A DNA stretch of 62,981 nt, the filler included, from Octopus bimaculoides (taxonomy: Eukaryota): the NCBI RefSeq assembly GCF_001194135.2. It is 6 parts of 5 records of this genome, joined end to end, with 100 filler letters (N's around TTAATTAATTAA, not from the genome) between each part and the next. Parts side by side here need not be neighbours in the genome. Positions count along the whole stretch, not along the records: positions 30,788 to 53,128 come from NC_068999.1; 5 more parts are not named here. One strand, 5' to 3'. Made by a program: the position numbers and the translations under genes. Position 1 is the first letter of the stretch, and each line of letters opens with the position of its first letter. Below the pieces are notes generated by a model that did no database searches, was not told the origin of the DNA, and worked only from the letters and a program-made list of their open reading frames with translations. This document shows, one piece after another, positions 37,868 through 53,100 of the stretch.

Positions 37868-39560
37868 TATGGGGTGGCCAATAATTTGACTCCTGGTAAT
37901 TTCACTCCCTGTATTTTAACTCCTATTATTTGGCCCACGGTAATTTAACTGCCAGTCAATTTCACTCCGGACGTTAGAAGAAAATAAAACGTTGAATAAA
38001 GAAAAAAATAAAAGTCCAGTAAAACATTAAAATGTTACTAAAAATAATGACGAAGGTTATAAGTTATTGCTCGTGAAGAATCCATCTAGTTTCCGGAAAT
38101 ATATCGCTCAATAGTTATCTACAGCTGTTAGTTCATATGCTTATACTTTTTTTTTCCGCAGATATCACCTCGAACAAATTCAACATTTCTCAACTGTGCC
38201 AAGTGTTTCTTCTCTTGTCAATGCAGTAATTAGTTCCAATTGATTCGGATTTCTAAAAACTAAAGAAATTTGTAGTGTGTTGGGATATCCTTCTAAATGG
38301 TTACTAGTGTGAGGCATATCCGATTACGTTCTAAAGCGGTCATTCCAACTATCAATTGGAAACAAAGTAGAAATTCTTCGTAGTGGAATTCCTCTCATGC
38401 ACCCTCCGTACGAAAATTCAAGTTCTTTCGAAGGATCGTCGTCGTCTACAAGATTTTCGAATACATCGATCGCATCATCGAGAGGAAGAAAAGTCAGTGC
38501 TGAATAGCATCTGATTTTAATGATGAAGTCATTATAATGATGGTATTTTTCCTTAAGGTCAAATTCACATACTTCTCCCTACACGTTTTGAGATAGATGA
38601 AAAAGACAACATGGGATGAAAGCACTAGGAAACACGGATGAAATGCTGTTAATGTAAGCTTTTTCAAAATCTATCATAACATTTTCAGGTCTCAGTCCTT
38701 GACGTAATTCATTTAACTTATTAAAAAACGTGGGTGTAAGTTTCTTGAGTCTTGTTTGTAAGAAATGCAAACAATCGCAGAACACTGAATGAGCCCAATT
38801 GAATATGGAGAGTGTGCAACTGATAAAATATAGTTGGGGAGCACTTAAAAGTTCCGTCATTTGCCCAGTGTTTTATATTCACTTAGTCATGAAGCTCTTT
38901 ATCAGTTGCAAACACAAGTAATCCGTCTACATTAGTTTCACCATTATCAAACTGCACGAAAAGTTCGCCACTATCAACAAACTTGTTTTCATTGAGTATT
39001 TCATCACCAAATCGACACTGAAGGTGTTTAGGGGCACTTTCACTTGCTTGATTCTTCTTCCTTATATTGCAACTTACACAGGAAGAGGGGGGGCATGGGA
39101 GCTATTTCATTTTCATCACGCTTTTCACAAGCAGTCGCAATTAATGAACGACGAGATTCCTAGGAAGCAGCTGCTCGTAGCTTTAGGTCTGCTACAGTTT
39201 TGCGAACTTTGAATTTTGTAGCACACGAACTATGATGATGTTCTCCAATATGCTTAATTAAGGTATACTCTTTATCGAGTGTCATGGTGTGGACTCCAGT
39301 TTTATAGGATTTAATTTCGCATTTCCAGCCTATGATCGATCGGCATTTTGTTTCTGTGCTTCATATATGTTATTCATATCATCCATAAGTTCCTTCCTTC
39401 TGCGGATACTGTTAAACTCATGAGGCATGGTGTATGTATATTTCCTTTTTAAGTATCGAATGAGGTAGGGGTTGATCACGGGTTAACCTGAAAACTCTTT
39501 AAATAAAGCACCAGAGTGGGTGACTGAAAAATTACTTTCAGTCAACTAAATCACTCTCTA
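37868..39560 (-). mobile_element. Degenerate Mutator-like (MULE) transposon
   Basis: Minus-strand remnants: FLYWCH-like WKC...HHH, HWANDGTFK, VMIDFEKAYINSISSVFP...CCLFHLSQNV and ALTFLP...WN.R..TSNHLEGY. Repeated GGTAATTT(C/A)ACT motifs at the left end. Confidence 0.8.
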
Positions 39561-40309
39561 AATAAACAACCGAATAGTTGACGGAACTAATACTGTCAGA
39601 TAACCGAATTATTCTGTAAATTATCTACATCAACAGCAACAATAACAATAATAAAACCCTTGGCGTGTCTTCGCAAGTGATTGTAACAAACATGCAGATG
39701 AAATTTAATTAATAAAACAATATTTAAGAATGAAATTGCCAGGAGTCAAAACACCTAGAATCGCGTATGAAGCTATTCTGTGCATGTATATTGTGTAAGA
39801 TTCGCGCATGTCTGTAAACGCACGCGCATGAGCGTGTGTGTGCGCGTGGGCGTATGTACGAGTGTGTCATGTTCTTTATGTGTGTGTGTACGCTTATGAT
39901 TATGTTGTGCGTGCCATGCTTGATAGAGGTAGACATGCTATAGAGATAATAAAATGGTAGGTAATGTGAAGTGTGAGAGTGTAATTATAGAATCGCTACT
40001 ATAGATTGTGGTTGCTACAGTGTATGAAGGAGGAAGAAGTAATGTATGTGTGTAGGTGTATGTTATGAAGGAATCAAGGTTGTCGTAGGAGTTAATTTCA
40101 TTACGTATCTTGTGTGGTACATCGTTCACTATTTGTTTGAGTGTCGCAATCCACGACATTAACTAGAACGCAAAATGTAATTCAGCTTTAATTACAGAAA
40201 CAATAAGGATAATAACAAAAAGATAGGAAACAACTAAGATCAGCAAGAAAAACCACAACAAAATCAATGCCAATAACATCAACAAAAACGACATCAATAC
40301 GGTTTGTGA

Positions 40310-40577
<268 letters not shown>

Positions 40578-40599
40578 CGAGCTGTGGAAATGTAAATAT

Positions 40600-41450
40600 G
40601 CATAGCATCAACGAAAAACTGGAGATGCCGTAGCCTGGGCGCATGTCTGCGCATCAGTAACCATGGCATGCCCAGCCATCTATTCAGTAATTGTTGACTG
40701 CAGATGGAGCGCCTGACCAGTGGATCATACCCCTTCGAAAGAAAGCGGAGGAAGAAATGAAACAGCTTGGGACCCCAGCAAACAGGGCAAGGGACGACGG
40801 TGAAGCGGTAATAGATGACGGATTCGATGTACGCATTCGCCACCTCGGCTTGACCTTTCAGGGACAGCTTCCTCTCGGCCCATTTCTGGGTGAGATTGGA
40901 TACCCTGCTGGTCACCTGATGCTGGTGTTTCTCCACTTGGAGGTCTGGACCGAACCAGAACCCAAGCAATTTCATCGAACCATCTGTGCAGTGCCTCACG
41001 ACTCTGTTGAACGGCAAGGATTTGTCTCTCCAGGTGCTGAGTTGCAAGCCCACCGACATTCTGCGTTAATTTTTGCTCTTGTCACCGCTTCAAATTCTTG
41101 CAGTGTGTCGCCTGTGGCTCGGGACAACGACGGTTACATCGTCAGCGCATGTAGACATACTTCTCCCTCATCCCAGACCACACGGGACACAGCTCAAAGC
41201 CTCTAAATTCCGTATTAATGACTCAAGTGTCAGTACATACAGAAGACAGGAGCGAGAGAACACTTCACGGACCGAGCACAAGCTGCTGAATGGTTCCAGC
41301 AGGTTGCCATTCACCCGAACGACCGAGCAGATGCCACTGTACAAAGCAGAGATCCAACCACGGAAAACCGGACCGAAACCAGCTGCTATGAGGACAGCCG
41401 TCAAGTATTAATAGTCGATCTTGTCACAGGCATAGATGAATCTAAATTGA
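40600..41450 (-). mobile_element. L1/Tx1-clade LINE reverse transcriptase fragment
   Basis: AAGFGPVFRGWISALYS...VRVNG...LLYVLTLESL, ADDV (YADD-like), FWFGPDLQVEK and AEVANAYIESVIYY. Contains stops and frameshifts. Confidence 0.8.
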
Positions 41451-43860
41451 TCAGAGGCCCACTCATGCTAGCTTCGTTACCCACCCTCCCTATGATGCAG
41501 CGCTTGAGGTGAAGGTTGTTCCGCATAGTCCTGTTTGGGGTGGCGCATGCGTTTCTCTCCCTCCTTAACGGCTACTTCGCGTCTCTTATATCGTCAAACG
41601 TGAGATTTATCTGCCTCTTTGTCCAGCGGCCGATGCGAAACTGCGCTTGTTTGGTTGGCTTGTTGAATCGTCATTTTTTTCTTTCTGTTCTTTGCCCATG
41701 TCGTCGTTGTTCATGCCTGTATTTTTCTTGTACTGTCTCTATTTGCGTCGTAACTGTTTAGAATATGTTTGTTTTGTATGTTTCTACTGGTACTGGTGCT
41801 ATTCAGGGAGAGGGGTAAATTAGCACAATACTGGCTGCTTGGGCAGCCACTGCCAACTCCCCTCGACAATGGAGTCCATCTTGCTGTTCGTAAAAGGAAA
41901 AACATCTTCTTTAAGAACTAAATGTCCAAAATTGTCCCCAAAATGGCGAACGTTCAACAACGGACCCTTTCTAGTTAACAAGAGGGGTCCCACACAATTA
42001 AGAAACGAAGCAAACGAGCCACAATCTTCAAAAATGTCAACTCAAACTACAACACACGGAGCTGAGAAAAAAAAATAATAAACATCTTACCTCGCCGCCG
42101 CCGACGATGACGACAACAACAACAACAACAACAACAATAACAATAATAATAATACCGAAGTGAATAGCTAACAGCACGAACGAGTGACAGCGAGCTGCCG
42201 GGAAGATAGATCATATCTAAAACCACAACGAAGCAGGAATTAAGAATCCGCAAAAACAACGTTTTAATGTAATCCATCTCAGAAAACGGAAATATTTTTC
42301 TGATAGGGAATATAGAAAATAGCTTCCTTCGGATGAGCCGTCGGGGCAAAACGTGCGTGAAAACATATATAGATGGATTGCAATATTTCTATACGAAAAC
42401 TACAAATGTATGAGAAAATTTTTAAGTTTTAAATTTCAATTACATACACACCCATATTTATGCAAGACCTCTGTATATGCACATTGCTGCTTCCCCTTTT
42501 GGTCTCTCGCTTATACATCAATAATAATTATAAATACGAAATAAACATCAGCATATATAATCATTAATTTTTGTTATTGTATTTATGGATATCTTTCTGC
42601 AAAGGCTTTTAAAATCAGAAATGAAATAGAATATTAGGCTTATTCAAATATTTCCACATACACATCCCTTACGCAAACACACACGCCGCTACAAAATATG
42701 TAGCTATAATATACCAGTATATTACATAATAAATATATGTTAGTAATTATGGCTATGTACCTTGTCAATAACTAGATAGCTGTTCTTATTAAATTCTCAA
42801 TACGTTTCATGAAAAATCAGCATAATGCAACGAGTGATATATTAAACATAAATGGTTTTAATCATAAATGATATTAAGAAGACTCATATTTAATACAATT
42901 TTCTATTGTATGCTCAAGTATCAACGCGGAGTATTTAAAAATCAATCAGTGTTGCAATTTGCAAGCACCGCCATTTGTAGATAAATAATCTCGTGGTCAA
43001 ATTTGCCATTCATCATTTCTGTGAATGTTTGTTAGAGATTTGAAGCGGAATTTTGTCATCCATTTCATTTCCTTCAAAAAGTATTTTGGTTAGATTTGAA
43101 AGACTTAATTTGTCAGTAAATTTAAGAGTGTCGAATAGATGTTCGATGATGTTAGTTTCTTTCGAGTTTAGAGAAAATCCCTCAATTCGTGGGACAGATT
43201 TCAGAGGCATTGGAATATTAATGGTTCGTTTTTACACAATCAGAGCACATCTAAAAATCAGGTAGCGAAGGAGACTTTTAATTATTGGAATGCAAATATA
43301 TCTGGGGCTACTATATTAATGTTTTTTTTTCTTGTTTTCTTTTTGTTATACATCAAAGTGAATGTTCTACGGTGCGATTATTGCTGGTTTTGTCCCAAGT
43401 CTAACTACAGATATTTTTTTCTTTTGTTCTATCATTTAGCATACATCAGTTCATGGGAGGTTGCATATAAAAGCTATATATACTACTCTGAAACACCTCC
43501 TGCTCCTATGATAACCACTTTGAGAAATTAAACTGTTTTCTATGTGTAATAGTGAGGTAGGATTTTTTTTTTTTTTTTTGTATAATAAAGTGATGAGGGG
43601 TTTTGTTTATGTTTCTGGCGATTACGTTATTGGGTTACTACTCACGATTGATTGAGATTAGATTTAATGTCTTATGTAAATCGTTCCGGAAACTCACATT
43701 GGTATCAACTCTGACATAAATTCCCAGGGCGTCGATAAAATAGAGTACCTGTTTAATGATGACACGAATGGGAACGTCTATCAATTCCTTTCAAAGGTTA
43801 TTGGATAATTCCTTAACCCACATCATTTAAAATAGGTGGTGGTGATTTTTGTGGTGCTGG

Positions 43861-43930
<70 letters not shown>

Positions 43931-44149
43931 TATGATGATGATAATGATGCGAACAATATGGATGCGAAGATCAACTACTAATCCATCACATGATACATGA
44001 GAAGTTTCATAACAAACGCATAAATCTTAGTTGAGCGTGGATTGATAATTAAAAACTTTTGACAACATACCGCATTCATGTATCTTGAAATCCTTCAAAC
44101 TTTTCCTGTACTGTCCAACTTCCTGAATCACAATGATTCAATGTGAACT

Positions 44150-45840
44150 ACTAATCTCCAATTACATCACACTTTCGGAATTCTACATACAAGTAATATT
44201 AATATCAATTGGGGCATTTTCGGACGTGACTCACTTTCAACTCTAATTATTTGCATAAACCAGATAGCTCTTACAAGTGAACTTAATAGAATATAGAGTA
44301 TGGGTATAGAATTGACAGCAAGAAAATAAGCCATCTACTTTATATGGATAACGTAAAACTTCATCAGAAATACGATAATGATCTAGAATGCCTATTACCT
44401 ACTGTAAATGCATTCCGTGATGATATCGGGATGGACTTTAGTCTTGCTAAATATGCGAATCTCACCTTCGTGGAAGGGAAATTGAAGATCGCACATTCAA
44501 TGGTGGTAGATGTTGACACAGTTATAAAGCAACTTGAGTAGGAACAAACTTACAAATAACTCAGAATAAATGAGGACTCTGGCATTCAGCATGAAAGAGA
44601 TGATGAGGTAGGGATGTTACAAAAGATTCGAGCAATCTTAAAATCTGAGTTAAAAGCACGTAACACGGTGGTAGCCTTAATTTCCTTTCAAGTTCCACCT
44701 GTTATGGAGTATCAGCCAAAGAGGAAAATTGACTAAAAAATCCATAAGCTCCTGACTTGCAATAAGATGCACCGCCCAAAAGCAAGCACAGAAGATATTT
44801 ATCTTTCCAGAAGTCAAGAACATCGAGACTTGATCCAATTTGAAATCTCCTACAAAACTACTGCAACTGGACTGGCAAAATATCTTGAAATATCTAACGA
44901 GTGAATACTAAATCTTGTTAAAACCATAAAAGACTTAAGTAGATTCATTCTGTTATGAAGGAGAGCAAATAATTTCCAAGTGAGTTTATGCAGAATTCCG
45001 AGGTAGAACAGCATGATTAAAGTGCGGCAACTGTTATTGCAAAGAAGGTGAAATCAATAGCAAACCAAAATGCGTTTGAACAATTGACTGATAGGTGAGA
45101 ACAAAAACCCCTGCATGGCAAATGTGTGACCCGTAGCAAACAAGCTGATCTAGACTAGAGGCACACCTATCAGTGGATACAAAAATCAGGGCTAAAGGCA
45201 GACCGCGAAGGCTTTATCTTAGCTGCTCAATGTCAGAGCTTATTGACCTGTAACTACCAAGCCGATGTGATCTGAAATGGAGTGATACTGCAACGACGTG
45301 ATTGAAACAATTAACCATCCAATCTTTGGGCGAAAGGCATTAGCAGCAGTAGAATATAATTCTTGACATGACAGAGTTGGCCAATATTTACACTGGATAA
45401 TATGTAGGCGTTATAAACACAAAACTGCTGAGAAATGGTACAAACACCACCGTCAGATTATAACTGAAAGACAAAATATAACGATTCTTTGAGACGTTCC
45501 AGTACTTCGAGACCGGACCATCAAAGCTACTAAACCAGATATTGTTGTGAAACATCATAACAATAACATATGTTTGCTGATTCACATCAGCATACCCTGT
45601 GATCATAGGATGTCGCAAACGAATTTGATAAGCTAAAATATAGAAGGATATGCTGACTGAAATGGAAACATTGTGGCATATCAAGACTGTTACTATACCA
45701 ACGATTATACGAGCATTTGGAATGATTAAAAGTGGGACTGAAAATTATTTGAGGATGATGTCTGGCTTACCATCCATGGGGAAAGTGCAAAAGATTGTCT
45801 TAACTGGTACGTCACACTAACTGAAAAGAACATTGTCACT
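44150..45840 (+). mobile_element. Degenerate R4/Dong-like non-LTR retrotransposon (RT + restriction-like endonuclease)
   Basis: RT remnants FMDNVKLHQKYDNDLE...FRDDIGMDFSLAK and TYK*L. C-terminal LHGK, EGFILAAQ, HDRVGQYLHW.IC, KWYKHH and RTIKATKPDIVV...LLI (PD..D endonuclease region). Confidence 0.75.
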
Positions 45841-46069
45841 GTGATTTTGTTCCTTTTTCACTTTCATTTTCTGTCTTTCTTTTTATTTCTTTTTTCTTCT
45901 TCTTTCCGTCCTCCCTCTGTCTTTCTTCTCCTTTTGCTATCATGTGACTTTGTAAGTGAACAATCTGATATGTTTATTTTAATGGCCTTCGAATGAATAC
46001 AGTGAGTTTCTTTGCACTGGGTGTGGGGAAGTCGCTCGGCAAGAAATGAAAAGAGAATTGAAAGGGGAG

Positions 46070-46076
46070 GATAATA

Positions 46077-46111
<35 letters not shown>

Positions 46112-46117
46112 AACAAT

Positions 46118-46170
<53 letters not shown>

Positions 46171-46189
46171 TAATAATAATAATAATAAT

Positions 46190-46284
<95 letters not shown>

Positions 46285-46537
46285 TAATAATAAAAATCCT
46301 TTCCACCATGAACAATTTTAGGTAGGGGTTAAAGTCGATTACATCGGCCTTAATACTCAATTGCTATGTAATTAGTAGACTCCGAAAGGTGAAAGGCAAA
46401 GTTGATTTCGGCGGAATTTGAACTCAGAATGTAAAGTCGCACGAAATAATGCTAAACATTTTTCCCGGCGTGCTAACGTTTCTGACGTCTCGCTGCTTTT
46501 ATAATAATGATTAATAATAATACTAATAATAATAATG

Positions 46538-46601
<64 letters not shown>

Positions 46602-46745
46602 GGATAAGGATCATGATCATGATCATGATCATGATGAGGAGGAGGAGAAGGAGAAGGAGGAGAAGGAGAAGGAGAAGGAGGAGAAGAAGAAGGAGGAGAA
46701 GGAGAAGGAGGAGAAGGAGAAGGAGAAGGAGGAGAAGGAGGAGGA
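46070..46745. repeat. (GAT)n/(AAT)n/(GAG-AAG)n microsatellites enclosing a family A SINE (about 46310-46495, minus strand)
   Basis: Read directly. SINE core GGCAAAGTTGATTTCGGCGGAATTTGAACTCAGAATG is present. Confidence 0.85.
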
Positions 46746-47801
46746 TTTAACATTTTTAGTAAATATCCAAAAACACGCAGACGTATGTAATAAGAAATTA
46801 TTTATGAAGTCTGCTAATACTATAACTGAAATATTGATACACATATGTAGAAAAGACATTTTTTATTGTCCGTAGATTTGTGAAAGCATTCAAAATATCA
46901 GAAGTATATGAAAAAAAAAAAACAGAAATATCCGTCAGTATACTTGAAACTATTTAGCATTACCGAACACGTAGGGTATTTCAACGAAACCAATATAGAT
47001 CATATGAAGGGCATTTTACAAACTCCATTTTTTTATTAAAATAGTTTACGGGAAAATGATACCCTTAAGTATTAGTAATAAACAAATTAGGAAATAAATG
47101 TGAAACTGTGGTTCCTTATAAGATGCCAATGTATGATAAAATATATTTAATGATATCTATGGATATTATCTCAACATAATGTTATTCTATGTTATTGCAT
47201 TCCAATTGGTCCTTCATCATGCTACTAGACATGTATCATTTCTGTTTATCAGCAACACATCACTGTTTTGCTGAAAAATATTGAAAAATCTCCTTAAAAT
47301 ATTCACTATCTATAATACAAGGTTTTATAATGTTATCGTTACTATCATTAATCATATTGCAGCAACGAGATAAAAACTCTATTGTTAAATTTTAACTACG
47401 CGAACAATTACAATAAACCTCGGGACTCTTATTGCTTCATTGCCTCCACTTTTCAGATAACATATAAAACTCGTATGGTTCCCGTGAAAGACCAATAAAT
47501 CTCTATTTCAGATTGCAATCACTCGTTTCGCCAATCACCATGTTCATAATTTTCATTTTATTGCCATATGTTTTCTTCTGTAGCTACGTGTTCTTATCTT
47601 TTAGCGTTATTTTTATTAGTATTTTGGTTTACTAAATCTCCTGATTTCTTAAACAGCAAATTGTTTCTATGTTATTCTATATTTTATAGTTTGATATAAT
47701 ATTTTACAGTATCTGCCATTTATTTTCTCTTTAAATCTAAGTAATACAATGTAATGTCTCACAGTTATGTTTATCTCCTATATTTCTTGTCAACTCTGAT
47801 T

Positions 47802-47845
<44 letters not shown>

Positions 47846-47896
47846 GCACACACACATATATATGCATATTCATATATATAAACAAAAACACAAAAA

Positions 47897-48560
47897 GTGA
47901 GTGGTTTTCGACAGGGCAGTATCTTGGGGCCATTGATTTTCATTGTGGCCCTCTCAGATATACTCTCAACTACCCGAATAGACACCCTTGCTAGCTATGC
48001 AGACGATACGAAAGTCTCGCAGAAAATACAGAACCCCGCGATGTTACACCAGGAAGGCGTTCGACTCATTTTAAAGATGGGCTGAGGATGATAATATGCA
48101 GTTTAATGCTGAAAAATTCCAAGTCCTGCGGTTATCAGCGTCGAAAACTGAATATAAAACTTACAGGGTACAATGGTCTAGAAGGGATTACAATCCCAGA
48201 CCGTAAAGTAGTGAGGGACCTGGGTATCGACATGAGTGATGATGCCTCTTTCCAAGTGCACATTACCACGATGGCCATAAAGTGCAGACGACTGGCTGAA
48301 TGGATCCTGAAAATGTTCAGGACCAGAGAGAAGGAAACCATGATGGACCTCTGGAGGACATTCGCCCTCCACTGGTTGGAGTACTGCTCCCAGCTATGGT
48401 CACCCAACAATGTAAAATTAACAGCGTTCCTTGAAGCAATCCAGCGAAGCTTTACAAAAGAGATCATCGCGTTGCAACAGCTAAGACTCTACTCCCTGCA
48501 GCGAAGGCGGGAGAGGTATGCAGTAATATACATCTGAAAGATCCTTAAAGAATATTGTGC
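47897..48560 (+). mobile_element. CR1-clade LINE RT fragment
   Basis: SGFRQGSILGPLIF...YADDTK, RDLGIDMSDDASFQVHI, LEYCSQLWSP and LRLYSLQRRRERY. Frameshifted. Confidence 0.9.
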
Positions 48561-51500
48561 CAATTTTTGGCATTCAAAGCTGAATTTTACAACTCTGCCT
48601 TACTTAAATCAGGCTATAAAGAAAAAAAAATACATATATTAACCCTATTGACATTAATTCTACCGCTATTAATCAGGACATGAAATTAAATTATCACGAT
48701 ATTAAGAATATTAATTTCAGTTCTACTAACAACACTACATCAAGTAATGTAATTTTCTAGCATAAGGGATGTAAACGTTATTTAAGCCCCTCTTTTCGTT
48801 ATAACGTATATCGAGGACATTTAAAGATAATTACCCTCATAACAATATATATCCCAGCAAAACAGTTTGGTTGATAAGTCCATATGGTAAGCAGATCAAA
48901 TCCAAACTCCTTTACAGTTGCGGGAAGCTATAGAAAGTAATTTTCTAAACCTTTCAAGATACTATTCGATTATTAATTCACACCGAATTCGGATAGAGTT
49001 TTCTAACACTAAACATCTTTCACAAATTATCTCTTCGCATAATAATACTTCGTTAAATACAAATCCACTTTATGAAAATAGTAACATTCATATTATCAAT
49101 GTAAAATCACTTTCCGGTTCTGACTTTTTTCTTATATAGTTAGTTCTTCATCTCAGTTGTCCAAAAGAATTTCTAAACATTGCTGTACATTTAGACATAT
49201 CAATAAATGTAACAATAATGCGCTTAGTAAATTAATTTGGATCGTATTACAAAAATCGATTAAGGATGGAATATTCTATCTAAATCATTTCCGTCGGCAT
49301 TTTAACGATGAAATGTATTTCATTCTGTTCTCAGAGAAATCCTCTTGTAAACACTTTAAAGAACGTGTTTATCGTTGCAAACAGTGGCAAAAAAACATAC
49401 CTTTAGTTCCTATACGTGATTTCTACCATTCTATAAAATTCGACCTTTAACTGTCTTCTTTAGTTTCACTTCCACTAAACATATCTACTTCCAGGCCTTT
49501 AAGACTTATTTCTATTCACCTAACGCTCTATATCTCTCCACTATTAATTTTCTGCTAATTTCTTTTTTTTTCTCCTCCTTCTCTTTCTATAAACTGCATT
49601 TGACGTTATATCTATTAACGGTTTGTTAAAAAAAAAAAAAAACTTGATAGAGTTCTCTTCATCGTATACGCATTCGTCACATTCTGTTAAAATGCCTTAC
49701 TGATGGGTTTGGTTTCTTCGTCTCCTTCAGAAGATTACGTTGTTTTACATCATTTTATTTATTCTGGAATAATACCAATGTTTTCTTCGTATAAAGTTTA
49801 AATTCTTCTTAAAGTTTATATATTAAGAAATCTATTTATAATACCGTCATTATATTAAATAATAATTTAGTTTATTATTAATTCGAATATTAATTCGAAT
49901 GGTCAGACTGCACATTCATATATACAGTCAAAATATCAATGGCATACTGGTATATATGTAACATACATTAGAGCCTAATAAACAGTTGAAAATAGCACAA
50001 TAATGTAAATTAAATGTATAATATAATTTGGTCATCCCCGAATAAAAAAAAAATTAATAAATTACATAAGTTGAATTAAAGAATATAATTCAAACCCTAA
50101 CATGAACCTAAAATATCATAGCAATGATTCCTCGAATTATTTTCAGATCTTTTTATTAAACAGCATCTTGTCATACAACGTTACAAAAGCACATACATCA
50201 AGATACGAAAAGCAATCAGTTTCAAATATTCCCAGGAAAATCTGAAAAGTCATTTAAATAGAATAAATCTTGTTTGAATAAAATTATATTTCAAACTAAA
50301 ATGTAGACAAATATTCATTAGGAAAGAAATCAATTTCCAATACGCCAGCATCAAACGCATATTGATTATACCTTCATTGTCTTTTGTTTGATACACAAAC
50401 ACACATCATATGTCCGTCATCTCTGCGTTGCACATGGAGAGGAACACAGAAAAACGTAAAAGCATATATGTATTATTTTACACACGGTTTGTCTTTTAGA
50501 CAAAGATCAAATAATTACTCTATAAAGTTTTACCTTATGTAAATGAATTGCTGCTGCTCTAAATTACTTTTTCTACTCATTGACATAAATCGTTAGACGT
50601 TACAATCCAAGACACAAATTTGATATATATCTCCTACATCTAATTTTTCCATTTCTTTTTTTTTTTTTTTGCAAATTTAATAATGAGTTTTACAGGTTCT
50701 GGCGTGTCTTAGTATTTTGATAAATCATTATTTTATTTTTTTGTTTTTCGAATGATACTCACTTAAGATATGTGTATATTAAATATGTTTAATTAGTATA
50801 TTTTTTGTTATAATCATCCTGCAGTTCTGACGATGCTCTACAAGGAATGTCTTCTTCATAATGTTACCACATATAACTGCTTTCTCTCTTCATATATTTC
50901 TTTTATTTAATCAGTCAGACGGATTACGTCATTAGTCCTCAGCTTTTAAAGTGATATATTACAGAGGACATAGTTTCCTGTTGCAGACTCCGCGCATTAC
51001 TACGACCTTTGAGTCTCATATGGCAACGTACTGAAACATAATATATCTATTCAGTTTTATTATAATCATTTAATTGGTAGAACTTAATTACACTCGACTA
51101 GATCATGGATATTTTTTTAAACTGTGAAATCCAAGCCATCCCTCAAAAGGGAGTAGATGGATTACACGAATAAATTAATCACACTTATTCTTCTATAATC
51201 TTTACTTCTTTCAGTACTAATCTTGATACTGTTTCATTGCTAACGTTCGAATAAGCAGATAACTTCATGAGTATATTATTTCAATACACGAATTTGCGGT
51301 TAATTGAATATCTTTTGACATAAAAATTTCGTTTCAAAAATTGAAGCATATTGTCAAAATGATTTCTTCTTTGTGAGAGTTAATTTAATTTCTCACTTTG
51401 TAATTATATGGTAAGTAATTCGAGCCTTTATAATTCATTTAGACATAATTATTCGCACAATATGTTAGGCATTGGAAGCAGAAAGTTTGTGCTAAATTTG

Positions 51501-52671
51501 AAATTATTGAATTATTATTCTGGTACATGCACATTATGCTATTCATGCTTTTTATTATGTCACTGTGGAGCAACGGAAAATATGTTGTCATATATTGTCG
51601 ATCCTTCTTCTGTGAAGAGGAATTACACAGAACACTGAAAAGCGATGATTGTTTCCTCTGTCAATATCCTTGTCGCCGAAAATACACCTTGCTGCAAACG
51701 TCTACAAAAATGTTTAAGTAAGCATAAAGTAGAACAATAATGTTTATAGACATACATCAGAACAAATTGCTCTTAACAAAACATACAAACAATAATTTTA
51801 AAATGTTAAATTTGGAATTGAAGGTAAAGTAGACAATGCCAATAATTATTCAATACTTACAACATACAATCGTTTAGAAATCTCAATATAGAAAGGTTTA
51901 TTTTAGAGAGTACAAGTTTATATGGTCTAATGAAAATCTGAGAAACACACAAATGCACACATATCTCAAATATTACTAAATTATTTCATTCGTTAACGAT
52001 GTTTGTTGTACATGTAGAAACCTGCAATTGCAATCCCCAGTTCACCTACATTGAATAAAAAGCGCAACGTTGCAGTTGGCCTTCTTCTAAATGGAATATA
52101 TTTCCATATATAACTATCCTTAAACCAAATGCTGAATAATATCGTTGATCACATCGATGTCATGGTTTCTGATTCAATGATTTTTGTGATCTTTTGAACT
52201 AGTCCGCCAAACTGAAATTCTTTATCCAATTTCCTGTGCGAATTCATTGCATTTGAAGCTTAACATGAAAGAGAGAAGAAAGTCAGTAGTGGGTAAAAGG
52301 CGGATTATATACTAAATATATATCAGTGTGACCTATTTCAGGAGAATATATTTCAAAACTATCCAATTTTACTTGATGGTAAACTATAAAGTGAATAGAT
52401 ATCTATGCATTGTAGATATGTTTATATCGTAGCAAAAATACAAAACTGTAAAGGAAAATGCAACACTCACTTATACGGCTGTATGTAATCTACACAGTAT
52501 CGATCCCCATTCAAAATAACGGAACTTTCTGAACGAAGCAGACCCGTTATCTTTCAGGCGTTTCAGATAGTCTGATCTCTCATGGTCCTTTTATAATAAA
52601 GATTGCTTTGCACCCACTTACACAGACAGACACACACATATATATGCACCTCTTTAAGTATATATTTATGA

Positions 52672-52710
<39 letters not shown>

Positions 52711-52770
52711 TGTGTGTGTGCGTGCGTTCGCACGTGCAACTATTTATCTACCTCTCTATAGATATATATT

Positions 52771-53100
52771 CATGGTTCTCCGTCGGTTACGATGACGAGA
52801 GTTACAGTTGATCCGATCAACGGAAGAGCTTGCTCGTGAAATTAACGTGCAAGTGGCTGAGCACTCCACAGACACGTGTACCCATAACGTAATTCTCGGG
52901 GAGATTCAGCGTGACACAGAGTGTGACAAGGCTGGCCTTTCGAAATAGAGATACAAAAGAAACAGGAAGAAAGACTGAGAGAAGGGTGCTGTGATTGTTG
53001 TGTGCCTCTTGGAGCGTTGGTGTTTTCCCTCAATAAACACTCACAACGCCCGGTCAGAGAATCGAAACTGCGATCCTACAACTGCGGTTCCACTGCCGTA
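52771..53100 (-). mobile_element. tRNA-derived SINE (family E), interrupted
   Basis: Tail CTCCGTCGGTTACGATGACGAG...GATCCGATCAACGG...GCTCGTGAAAT matches 56870-56938. A GGTCAGAGAATCGAAACTGCGATC head remnant lies at 53050-53085. Confidence 0.65.

Noticed and set aside
42318-42360. CGGATGA-GCC..GGC-AAAACGT, a hammerhead-like string
   Set aside because: Two core mismatches, G at the cleavage position and no stem I.
49290-49420. Minus-strand FATINTFFKVFTRGFL*E resembling a GPCR TM7 (N..F.NP.IYGFL)
   Set aside because: No NP..Y motif, an in-frame stop, no TM6 upstream and no acceptor; probably chance or an old LINE relic.
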